64,000 nt of DNA from an uncultured bacterium (GTDB taxonomy: Bacteria; Methylomirabilota; Methylomirabilia; Methylomirabilales; 2-02-FULL-66-22): NCBI GenBank assembly GCA_964576535.1, contig CAZNWB010000001.1, positions 66,082-130,081 of the forward strand, read 5' to 3'. The first letter of the stretch is position 1; each line of letters begins with the position of its first letter. Below are positions 34,943 through 45,894 of this stretch, piece after piece. A program made the position numbers and the translations under genes. The notes under the pieces were generated by a model. It was not told the DNA's origin, searched no databases, and worked only from the letters and a program-made list of their open reading frames with translations.

Positions 34943-36050
34943 CTAGCTTGCCTTCTCGGGCGGCTTGAAGAGAACCGCCTCGATGAAACGGTCCAGGTCC
35001 CCGCCCAGGACCGCGGTGACGTTCCCCGTCTCCTCGCCCGTCCGATGATCTTTGACCAACTGGTACGGGGCCAGGACGTAGGACCGAATCTGGCTGCCCC
35101 AGGCGATGGGCGCCTTTACCCCCTGGAGCTTGGCCATCTCCTCGTCCTGCTGCCGCTTGTAGTGGTCGTAGAGCCGGGCCCGCAGGACCTTCATGGCCAT
35201 GGCCTTATTCTTGTGCTGCGAGCGCTCGTTCTGGCAGGTGGCCACGATCCCGGTGGGCAGGTGGGTGATGCGGACGGCGGAGTCGGTCACGTTGATGTGC
35301 TGCCCGCCGTGCCCCCCGGCCCGGAACGTATCGATCCTGAGGTCTTTGTCCTCGATCTTGATCTCGATGTCGTCGGAGATCTCGGGATACACGAAGACCG
35401 ACGCGAAGGAGGTATGCCGCCGCTTGCTGGCGTCGAAGGGGGAGATGCGCACCAGTCGGTGCACCCCGATCTCGGCGTGCAGGTGCCCGTAGGCATAGGG
35501 GCCTGTTACAGTCACGGTGGCATTCTTGATCCCCGCTTCTTCGCCCTCCAACAGGTCGATGACCTCGGTCGTGAACCCTTTCGACTCGACCCAGCGAAGG
35601 TACATTCGCAGGAGCATCTGCGCCCAGTCCTGGGACTCGGTCCCGCCGGCGCCGGGGTTGATGCTCAGGATGGCGTTCCCCTTGTCATATTCGCCCGAGA
35701 GGACCGTCTGCAACTCCAGGGCCCGGACCTGTCGCGTGAGCTCCTTGAGTCCATTGGAGACCTCTTGGAGCGTTTCGACGTCCTCCTGGTCCGCGGCCAG
35801 ATCCAGGAGCTCCCGGTGATCTCCCAGGTCTTTGACCAGGCCGGCATGCTGGTCCAGGGTCTGGCGAAGGTTCCTCGTCTCTTTCAGGACCTTCTGGGCT
35901 CTGTCCGGATCACTCCAGAACTCCGGTGCCCCCGTGGCCGCCTCGAGACTTGCCAGCCGAGCGGCCTTGCCGGGCAAGTCAAAGATACACCCGGAGCTGT
36001 TCGACCTTTCGCTGGAGCTCGTCAATCGTGCGTTGCAGATCAGGAATCAT
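34943..36050 (-). CDS. prfB: Peptide chain release factor 2, programmed +1 frameshift (36050..35982 joined to 35980..34943)
   Basis: ATG at 36050 gives MIPDLQRTIDELQRKVEQLRVYL, then the in-frame TGA in TAT CTT TGA C. The +1 frame continues DLPGKAARLASLE.. through SPF and GGQ (..AGGHGGQHINV..). Confidence 0.93.
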
Positions 36051-36099
36051 CGCTCCCTCCTCACGTTAGGGACAAAGTGACATAGCCTAAAGGCACGCT

Positions 36100-36180
36100 C
36101 CCGTCCCCGGCTCCTCCGCTCCTCGGCTCCTTGTCTCGGTCTTCCTCTGCCCCTCTGCCCCTTGTCTCTGTGTCCCTTCT
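36100..36180. repeat. Period-8 pyrimidine (plus) / purine (minus) tract
   Basis: Minus-strand reading: AGAAGGGA CACAGAGA CAAGGGGC AGAGGGGC AGAGGAAG ACCGAGAC AAGGAGCC GAGGAGCG GAGGAGCC. No inverted partner is seen. Confidence 0.55.
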
Positions 36181-37760
36181 CACTGGGCACGAGCCCGCCA
36201 GAGGGCGAGTCCGTATGCAGCCAGGAACGCCAGGCAGGCCCACGCCAGGATGTCCCCGTATCGCGTGTACAGGGTTTGACGCTGTCGTAACCGGATCGTT
36301 CCCAAGAGGCTCGCCTCGGTGAAGATCCCGGTGTGAGCCAGGATTTCCCCGGTGGGGGCAATCACGGCCGTGACACCGGTGTTGGCTGCCCGCACGAGGT
36401 ACGTCCCATTCTCCACGGCCCGCATGGCGGCCATGGCCAGGTGCTGGTAGGGCGCGCCGCTTCGGCCGAACCAGGCATCGTTGGTGATGTTGACCAGGAA
36501 GGCCGCCCCGCGGTCCACGAACTCCCGCACCTCACCCGGGAAGATGACCTCGTAACAGATCATCACGCTGAATTGCACCCCGTCCAGGGAAAAGACGGTG
36601 GCGGCCCGTCCCCGACCGAAGTCCCCGATCCCCACCACGAGCTTATCCAGGAAAAAGAAGATCGTCCGGAGCGGCACGTACTCGCCGAAGGGAACCAGGT
36701 GGCGCTTGTCGTAGCGGCCGCCGATCTCCCCGTCAGGGCGCAGGAGGAAGGCCGTATTGTACAGCAAGGCATCCTCCCCCAGGTCGGGGCTGCCGGTGAG
36801 CGTCGGGATGCCGACCTCTGCGATGAAGCGCCGCACGCGTGCGCCAAGCTCGGGCTCGCGTCGCAACAAGAACGGCAGGGCCGTCTCTGGCCAGACGATC
36901 AGCGCCGGCTTCTCCTCCGCCACCCGGCGGGCCAGCCGCTCGTAGATGTCCAGGGTAGCTGCCTGGTAGCTCCGGTCCCACTTCAGCGACTGGTCAATAT
37001 TCCCCTGGAGGAGCCCCACGCGAACGGTGGGACCGCCTGTGGGATCCCGCCAGATGGCCCGGGCATAGGCCAGCGTGCTCCCCAGGGCGAGAATCGTCAG
37101 CCCCACCGGAAGGAGCGCACCCCGCCGCCGGCTCCCCCCCACCCGCCCGCGCCAGGTTCGGGCCAGAAGGTCTGCGATCGTCCCATTCACCAGGACCACG
37201 AGAGCGGAGATCCCGTACACCCCGACCGCCGATGCCAGCAGGCGGATCGTGGGCTGCCGGTACTGGCTGTACCCGAGGAGCGCCCACGGGAATCCCGAGA
37301 ACAGATGGCTCCGCAGGAACTCCAGGGCTGTCCACAGCCCCGCAGCCACCAACGGGACACTCCCGCCTGGCAGCCGCAATCGGTGCTGCCCGGCCGACAG
37401 GAGCCAGGTGAAGGCCGCCGTATAGGCCCCCAGGACCGCGCAAAGGAGCAGCAGCGCCACCAGGCTCAGCCCAAGCGGCATCCGGCCATAGGTGGTCATC
37501 GTATTGACGACCCACCAGATGGTCCCCAGGAAGAAGCACAGGCCGGACGTGTATCCCAGCCATGCCGCCTGGCGCGGCACGACCCCCTCGAGCGCGAGGA
37601 ACAGGGGCACCAGGGCGACGAAGCTGACCAGGCCAATGTCCCAGGGTGGAAAGGCCGCCGTGCAGAGGACACCGCTCCCGGCCGCGAGACCGAAGCGCAC
37701 CGCTCGCGATATCTGCGGCGCACCCGCCCACGGTCTCGCGATCACACCCACCCGAGCCAT
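36180..37760 (-). CDS. lnt: Apolipoprotein N-acyltransferase
   Basis: N-terminal polytopic domain plus a C-terminal CN-hydrolase domain (..LIVWPETALP.., ..ICYEVIFP..). Confidence 0.9.
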   Translation of the reverse strand: MARVGVIARPWAGAPQISRAVRFGLAAGSGVLCTAAFPPWDIGLVSFVALVPLFLALEGVVPRQAAWLGYTSGLCFFLGTIWWVVNTMTTYGRMPLGLSLVALLLLCAVLGAYTAAFTWLLSAGQHRLRLPGGSVPLVAAGLWTALEFLRSHLFSGFPWALLGYSQYRQPTIRLLASAVGVYGISALVVLVNGTIADLLARTWRGRVGGSRRRGALLPVGLTILALGSTLAYARAIWRDPTGGPTVRVGLLQGNIDQSLKWDRSYQAATLDIYERLARRVAEEKPALIVWPETALPFLLRREPELGARVRRFIAEVGIPTLTGSPDLGEDALLYNTAFLLRPDGEIGGRYDKRHLVPFGEYVPLRTIFFFLDKLVVGIGDFGRGRAATVFSLDGVQFSVMICYEVIFPGEVREFVDRGAAFLVNITNDAWFGRSGAPYQHLAMAAMRAVENGTYLVRAANTGVTAVIAPTGEILAHTGIFTEASLLGTIRLRQRQTLYTRYGDILAWACLAFLAAYGLALWRARAQ

Positions 37761-38536
37761 ACCAGGACGTACAGGACCGGACCCGCAAACATCAGGCTGT
37801 CCAGGCGATCCAGCACCCCACCATGCCCGGGGATGAGGCTCCCGCTATCCTTGGCAGCGGCACCGCGCTTCACCACCGACTCGCAGAGATCCCCGATGAT
37901 CCCTGCGGCTCCAAGCATGAGTCCGACCCATGCCGCCTTGTCCCAGGAAAGCCTCGGCCAGACCTGGCTGCTGCCCGCCAGCGCCACCACGACGGTGGCC
38001 GCCAGGCCGCCCAGCGCGCCCTCGACCGTCTTCTTGGGGCTGATGCGGGGCGCGAGCGGCCGACGCCCGAACCGGCTCCCGAGATAGAACGCCCCGGTAT
38101 CTCCCGCCCATATCGCGAAGGCCAGGTAGTAAATGAACTGCCTCCCTTCGGGGAGTGCTCGCAAGAGGCTGGCGTAGCTCAGTAACCCCCCCACATAGGT
38201 CACGCCCAGGACAATCCACGCCCCCTGCAGCAGGCCGACCCGGAACCCCGCCGGAACCAGCGTGGCGCGGACCAAGGCCACGCCCCCCACCGCTGCCCCC
38301 ACCCCTGCCAGCCCACCTCCCCAGGTGACCGCCGTGTGCCACGCCAATGCGCCCAGGATCGTCACGAGGGAGAGCCCGGGATCGGTCCCCTCCGGACACA
38401 GCCGGGAAAATTCCCAGGCCGCCAGGGCAATGACCAGGCCCACCAGCAGGGTGAAGTGTAAGGCGGAGCCGAAGTGGACCAGGAGGAGAAACGGGGGGAT
38501 GAGCAACAGGGAGCTGAGGATCCGTTGACGATGCAT
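37742..38536 (-). CDS. cdsA: Phosphatidate cytidylyltransferase
   Basis: Polytopic, with the C-terminal signature ..SVVKRGAAAKDSGSLIPGHGGVLDRLDSL. Confidence 0.9.
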   Translation of the reverse strand: MHRQRILSSLLLIPPFLLLVHFGSALHFTLLVGLVIALAAWEFSRLCPEGTDPGLSLVTILGALAWHTAVTWGGGLAGVGAAVGGVALVRATLVPAGFRVGLLQGAWIVLGVTYVGGLLSYASLLRALPEGRQFIYYLAFAIWAGDTGAFYLGSRFGRRPLAPRISPKKTVEGALGGLAATVVVALAGSSQVWPRLSWDKAAWVGLMLGAAGIIGDLCESVVKRGAAAKDSGSLIPGHGGVLDRLDSLMFAGPVLYVLVWLGWV

Positions 38537-38579
38537 GACCTGGCCGTCCGCTGTCCCACACCGGGCGCGCAGAGCGGAC

Positions 38580-39134
38580 TCAGAACTCCATGATCTCTTT
38601 TTCCTTCTTCTCCACGAGCTCGTCCAGCCCCTTGATCATGCGGTTGGTCAACTCCTGGGTCTGGTCCATGCCCTTGCGCACGCCGTCCTCGGAGAGCTGC
38701 TTGGTCTTCTCCAGCTTCTTGAGCGCCTCGTTGGCGTCGCGGCGAATGTTGCGGATGACCACCCGCCCCTCCTCCGCCATCTTGCGCACGACCTTCACCA
38801 GCTCCTTCCTGCGCTCTTCGGTCAGGGAAGGGACCGCCAGCCGGATGACCTTGCCGTCGCTGGTCGGGGTGATCCCCAGGTCGGATTTCAGGATCGCCTT
38901 CTCGATGACCGGAATCAGCGAGGCATCCCAGGGCTGGATGGTGATCAGGCGCCGCTCCGGCGTCGCCAGGTTGGCCACCGCCTTCAGGGGAGTGGGCGTG
39001 CCGTGGTAGTCCACGACGATGCCATCCAATAACGCCACCGAGGCCCGGCCCGTCCGGACGCTGTTGAAGTCCTTCAGGGTCGCCTCTGTGGCCCGCTTCA
39101 TGTCCTGCTCGGCCTTCCGGAGGACGTCCTGCAT
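38580..39134 (-). CDS. frr: Ribosome recycling factor
   Basis: Full-length RRF similarity (..LDGIVVDYHGTPTPL.., ..IRNIRRDANE..). Confidence 0.96.
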   Translation of the reverse strand: MQDVLRKAEQDMKRATEATLKDFNSVRTGRASVALLDGIVVDYHGTPTPLKAVANLATPERRLITIQPWDASLIPVIEKAILKSDLGITPTSDGKVIRLAVPSLTEERRKELVKVVRKMAEEGRVVIRNIRRDANEALKKLEKTKQLSEDGVRKGMDQTQELTNRMIKGLDELVEKKEKEIMEF

Positions 39135-39152
39135 GGGTGCTCTCCCCCCTCC

Positions 39153-40795
<1,643 letters not shown>

Positions 40796-40804
40796 GAGCG
40801 TTCC

Positions 40805-41689
40805 TCACTGAACACCGGCCGGGGTCGACTGTGCGGATGGGGGTTCCGGCCGCGGGGCTTCAGTCCCCGGGGACCCCGCCTCGCGGGGGGACCCACTTGT
40901 GGGTGCCCCCGCGGCTGCCGCTGCCCCTGGGGTCCCCTCCGCGCCTGATTTGGCGGCGGTACCGGCGGTCATCGCCTCCTCAAGTCCGGCCACGCCAGCC
41001 TTGGCGGCCTCCCCGCGCCCCTCGATGATGGTATCCGCCAGCCGGGACGTGAGCAGCCGGACGGCCCGGATGGCGTCGTCGTTGCCTGGGATGGGAAAAT
41101 CGATCTCGTCGGGATCGCAGTTGGTATCCACCACCGCCACCACCGGGATGCCCAGGCGGCGCGCCTCAGCCACCGCGATGCGCTCCTTACTCGGGTCGAT
41201 GACGAACACCGCTCCCGGGAGGTTCTCCATGGCCTTGATCCCCATGAGCGCGTTGTTCAGTTTCTCCATCTCCCGCTCGAGCCGCAGGATTTCCTTCTTG
41301 GAGAAGGCCTCGAACTTTCCGGTGGCCTGCATGTCCTCGAGTTGTTTGAGACGCGAGATGCTCTTGGTGATCGTCTGGAAGTTCGTCAGGGTCCCGCCCA
41401 GCCACCGCCGGTTGACGAAGAACATGCCGGCCCGCGCGGCCTCATCCTGGATCGTATCCACCGCCTGCTTCTTGGTGCCCACAAACAGCACCTTTCCGCC
41501 CCGCGCCGCCATGGCGCGCAGGAAGGCCTCCGCCTCCTGAAACTTCTTCAGGGTCTTTTGCAGGTCAATGATGTAGATCCCGTTTCGCTCCCCAAACAGA
41601 TACTTCTTCATCTTCGGGTTCCACCGCTTTGTCTGGTGCCCGAAGTGAACGCCGGCTTCCAAGAGTTCTTTGATCGTCACCGTGGCCAT
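40805..41689 (-). CDS. rpsB: 30S ribosomal protein S2 (with about 60-aa Ala/Gly/Pro-rich C-terminal tail)
   Basis: [27 protein letters not shown].., conserved throughout the core. Confidence 0.96.
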   Translation of the reverse strand: MATVTIKELLEAGVHFGHQTKRWNPKMKKYLFGERNGIYIIDLQKTLKKFQEAEAFLRAMAARGGKVLFVGTKKQAVDTIQDEAARAGMFFVNRRWLGGTLTNFQTITKSISRLKQLEDMQATGKFEAFSKKEILRLEREMEKLNNALMGIKAMENLPGAVFVIDPSKERIAVAEARRLGIPVVAVVDTNCDPDEIDFPIPGNDDAIRAVRLLTSRLADTIIEGRGEAAKAGVAGLEEAMTAGTAAKSGAEGTPGAAAAAGAPTSGSPREAGSPGTEAPRPEPPSAQSTPAGVQ

Positions 41690-41824
41690 CGCATCCCTCC
41701 CAGTCCGGTTGATCCGCCGCGCGCCTCCCCTCCCACCGGATCACCCCGCCAAAGGCGGGGCGACACCCCCGATGGAATCCGCGCGCGTGTGAATTTGGCC
41801 CGCGATCGCCGCGGACCGATTCGT

Positions 41825-41853
41825 CTTATATCACACAGCTGCAGGGGCAGCAA
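41825..41853 (-). promoter_or_regulatory. Candidate promoter TTGCTG-N17-TATAAG for rpsB
   Basis: Minus strand: CAGCAA at 41848-41853 and CTTATA at 41825-41830. A structured leader of about 130 nt follows (CCCCGCC-TTTG-GCGGGG). Confidence 0.55.
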
Positions 41854-41861
41854 GTGTCGTC

Positions 41862-42000
41862 GAAAAGCGTTCGACTGTTCGGCAGTTCGGGGCACCCACG
41901 CCACAGCGGTGGGTATCCACCGCGGTGCCGTGGGTCCCGGTTGTTCCCCCGAACCCAAAACGACCGAACCACCGAACGGTCGAACCACCGAACGCTTTTC
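41862..42000. repeat. GTTCGG-family element with nested 56-nt core hairpin (inverted orientation)
   Basis: Perfect 12-nt termini GAAAAGCGTTCG / CGAACGCTTTTC. The core at 41885-41940 is the reverse complement of 34379-34434, with 2 differences. Confidence 0.85.
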
Positions 42001-42004
42001 TCCG

Positions 42005-43231
42005 CTAGGTCCGGTATCCGGCGTTGATCCGGACATAGGCCTCGCTCAGATCGGTGGTCCAGACCCGCGCCGCCGCGGGGCCCGCGTGCAGGTGAACCAC
42101 CAGCGCGAACTCCCGCTGGCGGAGCCGGTGATTCACCGCGGCCTCTGCGCTTCCCCCCAGGCCAACGCCGCCTCTCACGACCGGCAATTCATCCACCAAC
42201 AGGTCCACGGATCCGGCGTCGAACCGCGCGCCCGATCGGCCCAGGGCGGCCATGATCCGCCCCCAGTTGATGTCCTCGCCGAAGAGCGTCGTCTTGACCA
42301 GGGGGGAGTTGGCCACCGCCTCGGCCGCCAGGCGCGCCTCTCTGGGGGTGCGCCCGCCGAAGATCCGGACCTCGACCAGCTTGGTCGCCCCCTCGCCGTC
42401 GCGGGCGATCATCTTGGCGAGACTCAGGCAGATCATCTCCAACCCGACGCGGAATGTTCGGAAGCCGGCCGTCCCCGCGCGCAGCGGGGGCCCTCCCACG
42501 GCCCCGTTGGCGAAACATAACACCATGTCGTTGGTGCTGGTGTCCCCATCCACGGTGATGCAGTTGAAGCTTCCGTCCACGGCGAGTCGGAGTGCCCGCT
42601 GCAGCGGTCCGGCCGCCACCGCCGCGTCCGTGGCCAGGACCGCCAGCATCGTCGCCATTCGCGGGGCGATCATACCCGAACCCTTGGCCATGCCTCCGAT
42701 GGTCACCCGCCGCTCCCCCACCGGGAAGGTGATGGCCGCCTCCTTGGGCGTGGTGTCCGTGGTGAGGATGGCCTGTGCCGCCTCGCTTCCCCCGCTGACA
42801 TCCAATCGGTCCACGGCTCGGGCGATCCCCTTCCGGACGGCCTCCATGTCCAGCGGCCTCCCGATGACACCGGTGGAGGCGACGAACACCTGGCCGGTCG
42901 GTCGCTGGATGGCCCGGGCCACTTCCCGAACCATCTCTTCGGCATCCCGGAGCCCCTGGCGGCCCGAGCAGGCGTTGGCATTCCCGCTGTTGAGGACGAT
43001 GGCCGCGAACCTCCCGCCTCGAAGCTGCCGGCGCGAGACCTGGACCGGCGCCGCCTGCACCCGGTTCGTCGTGAAGGTCGCCGCCACCGTTGCCGGTCTC
43101 TCCGACACGACCAGCGCCAGGTCCGGCGCACCTCCCCGCTTCAACCCACAGGCCACACCCGCCGACCGGACACCCTTGACCGCGGAGAGTCCCCCGGGGA
43201 TGCCGAACAGGTATGCGTCCTCCGCTGACAC
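42005..43231 (-). CDS. argJ: Bifunctional glutamate N-acetyltransferase/amino-acid acetyltransferase
   Basis: ..GGMAKGSGMIAPRMATMLAVLATDA.. autoprocessing-site region. Full-length ArgJ similarity. Confidence 0.94.
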   Translation of the reverse strand: MSAEDAYLFGIPGGLSAVKGVRSAGVACGLKRGGAPDLALVVSERPATVAATFTTNRVQAAPVQVSRRQLRGGRFAAIVLNSGNANACSGRQGLRDAEEMVREVARAIQRPTGQVFVASTGVIGRPLDMEAVRKGIARAVDRLDVSGGSEAAQAILTTDTTPKEAAITFPVGERRVTIGGMAKGSGMIAPRMATMLAVLATDAAVAAGPLQRALRLAVDGSFNCITVDGDTSTNDMVLCFANGAVGGPPLRAGTAGFRTFRVGLEMICLSLAKMIARDGEGATKLVEVRIFGGRTPREARLAAEAVANSPLVKTTLFGEDINWGRIMAALGRSGARFDAGSVDLLVDELPVVRGGVGLGGSAEAAVNHRLRQREFALVVHLHAGPAAARVWTTDLSEAYVRINAGYRT

Positions 43232-43248
43232 GGCACCTCTCCTCAGGC

Positions 43249-43342
43249 GGCAATGAAAAATTGCAAACTGACAACTGGCAATGCAAAACCGATGATCCCG
43301 CTTGACCGGTTGTCAGTTGTCGGTTGTCAGTTTTGCATTGGC
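43249..43342. repeat. GTTGTC-family element
   Basis: CCGGTTGTCAGTTGTCGGTTGTCAGTTTTGCATTGGC (43306-43342) is nearly the reverse complement of 32474-32510. The left arm is degenerate. Confidence 0.8.
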
Positions 43343-43359
43343 ACTGGGCCCAAAGGGCT

Positions 43360-44427
43360 TTACGGAAAGAGCCCCGGGATCCACAGGCTGGTCCGCTCGT
43401 CCAGGCCGGCCATCAAGTTGAAGCACTGCACGGCCTGACCGGAGGCCCCCTTCACCAGATTGTCTATGGCCGTCACCACGATGACCCGCCCCGTCCGGGA
43501 GTCAGAGACCACGCCGATATCGCAGAAATTCGAGTGCAGGACCGGCTTCGTCTCGGGGAGCTGCCCCTCCCCCAGGACGCGGACAAAGGGGGCGTCCCGG
43601 TAGAAGGTCCGGAAGAGGGAAAGAAGGTCGGCGGCGGACCGGCGGGTCTGGAGGGACGCCGTGATGGTTGTCAGGATCCCACGGGTGAGCGGCGCCAGGT
43701 GCGGCGTGAATGAGACGATGACCTCACGACCGGCCAGCCGGGAGAGCTCCTGCTCGATCTCTGGGGTGTGGCGATGGGTGGCGACTCCATATGCCTTGAG
43801 GTTCTCGTTCATCTCCGAGAAGTGATACGGCAACTCCGTCTTGCGGCCCGCCCCCGACACCCCCGAGATGGCATCGATCAATATCGAGTCCGGATCCACG
43901 AGCCCCTCGACGACCAGGGGAGCCAGCCCCAGCACCGCGCCGGTGGGATAGCAGCCGGGAACGGCCACCAGCCGCGCGTCAGCAATTGCCGCGCGATGGA
44001 GCTCGGGCAGGCCGTATGCGGCCTCCTTCAGCAGGTGGGGGGCCACGTGCTGCACCCCATACCACCGCGGGTAGGCGGCGGGGTCCTTGAGGCGGTAGTC
44101 GGCGGAGAGGTCCAGGACGCGCGCTCCGCGCTGGATCAGATCCGCGCCCGCCGCCATGGACGTCTTGTGGGGCAGCGCCAGGAAGACAAACTCCGCCTCC
44201 GCCGCCAGCTTCGCCGTATCCAGGGGGAGGCAGGTCAGATCCACCAGGCCCGTCAGGCTGGGGAAGACGTTCCCGATCGGCTGGTTCGCATAGGTGTCGG
44301 CGGTGAGGGCCACGACCTTCGCCAAGGGGTGCTGAAGCAGGAGGCGGAGAAGCTCCACTCCTGTGTACCCGCTGGCCCCGGCAATGGCCACGTGGCGGAT
44401 TCTTTCGTGCCCCTGTCTTTCCGTCAC
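43360..44427 (-). CDS. argC: N-acetyl-gamma-glutamyl-phosphate reductase
   Basis: GTG at 44427 follows GGGGGAG. ..VAIAGASGYTGVELLRLL.., ..VAVPGCYPT.. (active-site Cys). Confidence 0.92.
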   Translation of the reverse strand: MTERQGHERIRHVAIAGASGYTGVELLRLLLQHPLAKVVALTADTYANQPIGNVFPSLTGLVDLTCLPLDTAKLAAEAEFVFLALPHKTSMAAGADLIQRGARVLDLSADYRLKDPAAYPRWYGVQHVAPHLLKEAAYGLPELHRAAIADARLVAVPGCYPTGAVLGLAPLVVEGLVDPDSILIDAISGVSGAGRKTELPYHFSEMNENLKAYGVATHRHTPEIEQELSRLAGREVIVSFTPHLAPLTRGILTTITASLQTRRSAADLLSLFRTFYRDAPFVRVLGEGQLPETKPVLHSNFCDIGVVSDSRTGRVIVVTAIDNLVKGASGQAVQCFNLMAGLDERTSLWIPGLFP

Positions 44428-44520
44428 GCTGTCCGCTCCCCCGCTGTCCCCAGAACTGGCGCCCTCGACCGACCGCCCACGGTTGCAGGAATGCGTTTCT
44501 TCCTGCTGGCCCGCAGGCAT

Positions 44521-44551
44521 AAAAAAAGGGAAGAACCCGAAGGCCCTTCCC
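44521..44551 (-). terminator. Intrinsic terminator of rplM-rpsI
   Basis: Minus strand: GGGAAGGGCC-TTCG-GGTTCTTCCC followed by T7. Confidence 0.8.
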
Positions 44552-44572
44552 CGTCCTTCCCCGGCGAAACGG

Positions 44573-44968
44573 TTACCGCTTGGAGAACTGGAATCGGGCC
44601 CGCGCGCCCTTTTGGCCGTATTTCTTTCGCTCCTTCACACGGGGATCTCGCGTGAGCAATCCCGCCTTCTTCAGTGGGGTCCGCAGGGCCCCGTCCGCCT
44701 GCACCAAGGCCCGCGCGATCCCCAGGCGAATCGCCCCGGCCTGGCCGCTCGCGCCGCCCCCGCTGACGGTGGCCATGACGTCGAACTTCCCCTCCATCCC
44801 GACCACCTTGAGTGGTTGGGCCAGGACCATCTTGAGCGTCGGTCGAGGGAAGAAATCGTCCACCGGGCGGCTATTCACCTCGATCTTCCCCTCGCCCGGT
44901 TGCAACCAGACCCGCGCCACGGAACACTTGCGGCGTCCGGTTGCGTAAGTGCGCGATGTGAGCTCCAT
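44573..44968 (-). CDS. rpsI: 30S ribosomal protein S9
   Basis: ..[12 protein letters not shown].. and the C-terminal ..[17 protein letters not shown]. Confidence 0.96.
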   Translation of the reverse strand: MELTSRTYATGRRKCSVARVWLQPGEGKIEVNSRPVDDFFPRPTLKMVLAQPLKVVGMEGKFDVMATVSGGGASGQAGAIRLGIARALVQADGALRTPLKKAGLLTRDPRVKERKKYGQKGARARFQFSKR

Positions 44969-44988
44969 CCCTGCGTACTCTCCTTGAT

Positions 44989-45423
44989 TCAGTTCGAGGC
45001 GGGCAGCGGGGTTGGCCGCTGGGCCACGTGGGGGTGGCTCGGGCCGGCGTACACCTTCAGCTTCCCGAATAGCGCATCGCCCAGCTTATTCTTGGGCAGC
45101 ATCCCTCGCACCGCTTTTTCGAGGACGCGCTCCGGCTTTTCCCGCAGCAGCTTGCCCAGCCGGATCGTTTTCAGCCCCCCAGGATGCTGGGAGTGGTGAT
45201 GGTATTCTTTCTGGTGAAGCTTCCGGCCGGTCACCGCCACCTTCTCCGCGTTGATGATGACCACGAAGTCCCCCACGTCCATGTGGGGCGCGAAGACCGG
45301 CTTGTCTTTTCCACGCAGGATCACGGCCACACGGCTGGCCAGGCGACCCAGCGTCTGCCCCTGGGCATCCACCAGCACCCAGCGCCGGTTGATCTCTCCC
45401 GCTTTCGGCTGATACGTCTTCAT
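44989..45423 (-). CDS. rplM: 50S ribosomal protein L13
   Basis: ATG at 45423 gives [30 protein letters not shown]. Confidence 0.96.
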   Translation of the reverse strand: MKTYQPKAGEINRRWVLVDAQGQTLGRLASRVAVILRGKDKPVFAPHMDVGDFVVIINAEKVAVTGRKLHQKEYHHHSQHPGGLKTIRLGKLLREKPERVLEKAVRGMLPKNKLGDALFGKLKVYAGPSHPHVAQRPTPLPASN

Positions 45424-45480
45424 GAACCTCGCACACTCCCGGTGGGAGCAACCATCGCGCGTGTCGCCCCAAACCGCGTA

Positions 45481-45509
45481 AAAATACGCAGGGAACGCCA
45501 CTTTGTCAA
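45481..45509 (-). promoter_or_regulatory. Promoter TTGACA-N17-TATTTT for rplM-rpsI
   Basis: Minus strand: TGTCAA at 45504-45509 and AAAATA at 45481-45486, about 55 nt upstream of the rplM ATG. Confidence 0.6.
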
Positions 45510-45584
45510 GCCAAATGTCCCCATTGTCTCAGGGCCTACGCTAGATGGCGGCATGGCGGATAGCTGACGACTGTGGGCTGACCG

Positions 45585-45790
45585 CCGATCTTAGCCCGTA
45601 TTATTCGCGAAGACTGTATCTTCGCTCATAACCGCCCCGCGTTTCGCGGGGTTTCGACGCGGTGCTCACGCACCTTGCTCAAGACTAACCCGGGCTAACC
45701 CTGAGCGAAGGCCCACAGGGCCGTAGTCGAAGCCCGGAGGGCGGATTATTCACCTTTTCGTGAATAATTCGGGTTAGGCTTTGCAGATCC
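45585..45790. other. Lower-GC structured intergenic element with nested inverted repeats (unknown nature)
   Basis: TTAGCCCG/CGGGCTAA, GCGAAG-ACTGTAT-CTTCGC, CCCCGCG-TTT-CGCGGGG, GGCCC-ACA-GGGCC and ATTATTCAC-CTTTTC-GTGAATAAT. The ends share the motif CCCG(T/A)ATTATTC(G/A)CGAA in inverted orientation. Confidence 0.4.
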
Positions 45791-45894
45791 GAACGTGGTG
45801 CCGTAGACTCTCGCCGCTCTCATGGCTCGTTGCTCCTGGATTATGGCTGATCGCTGATGGTCAATCATCAAGCATGAAGGGAGGAAAGACGGGA

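Noticed and set aside
36061-36361. 60-104-aa minus-strand ORFs across the lnt-prfB spacer
   Set aside because: They are translations of the period-8 purine tract (R/G/E/D low complexity) and overlap the lnt 3' end.
40805-40990. Ala/Gly/Pro-rich tail of S2 as a separate feature or frameshift
   Set aside because: It is continuous in frame with the conserved S2 core. Low-complexity C-terminal extensions of S2 are known in GC-rich bacteria.
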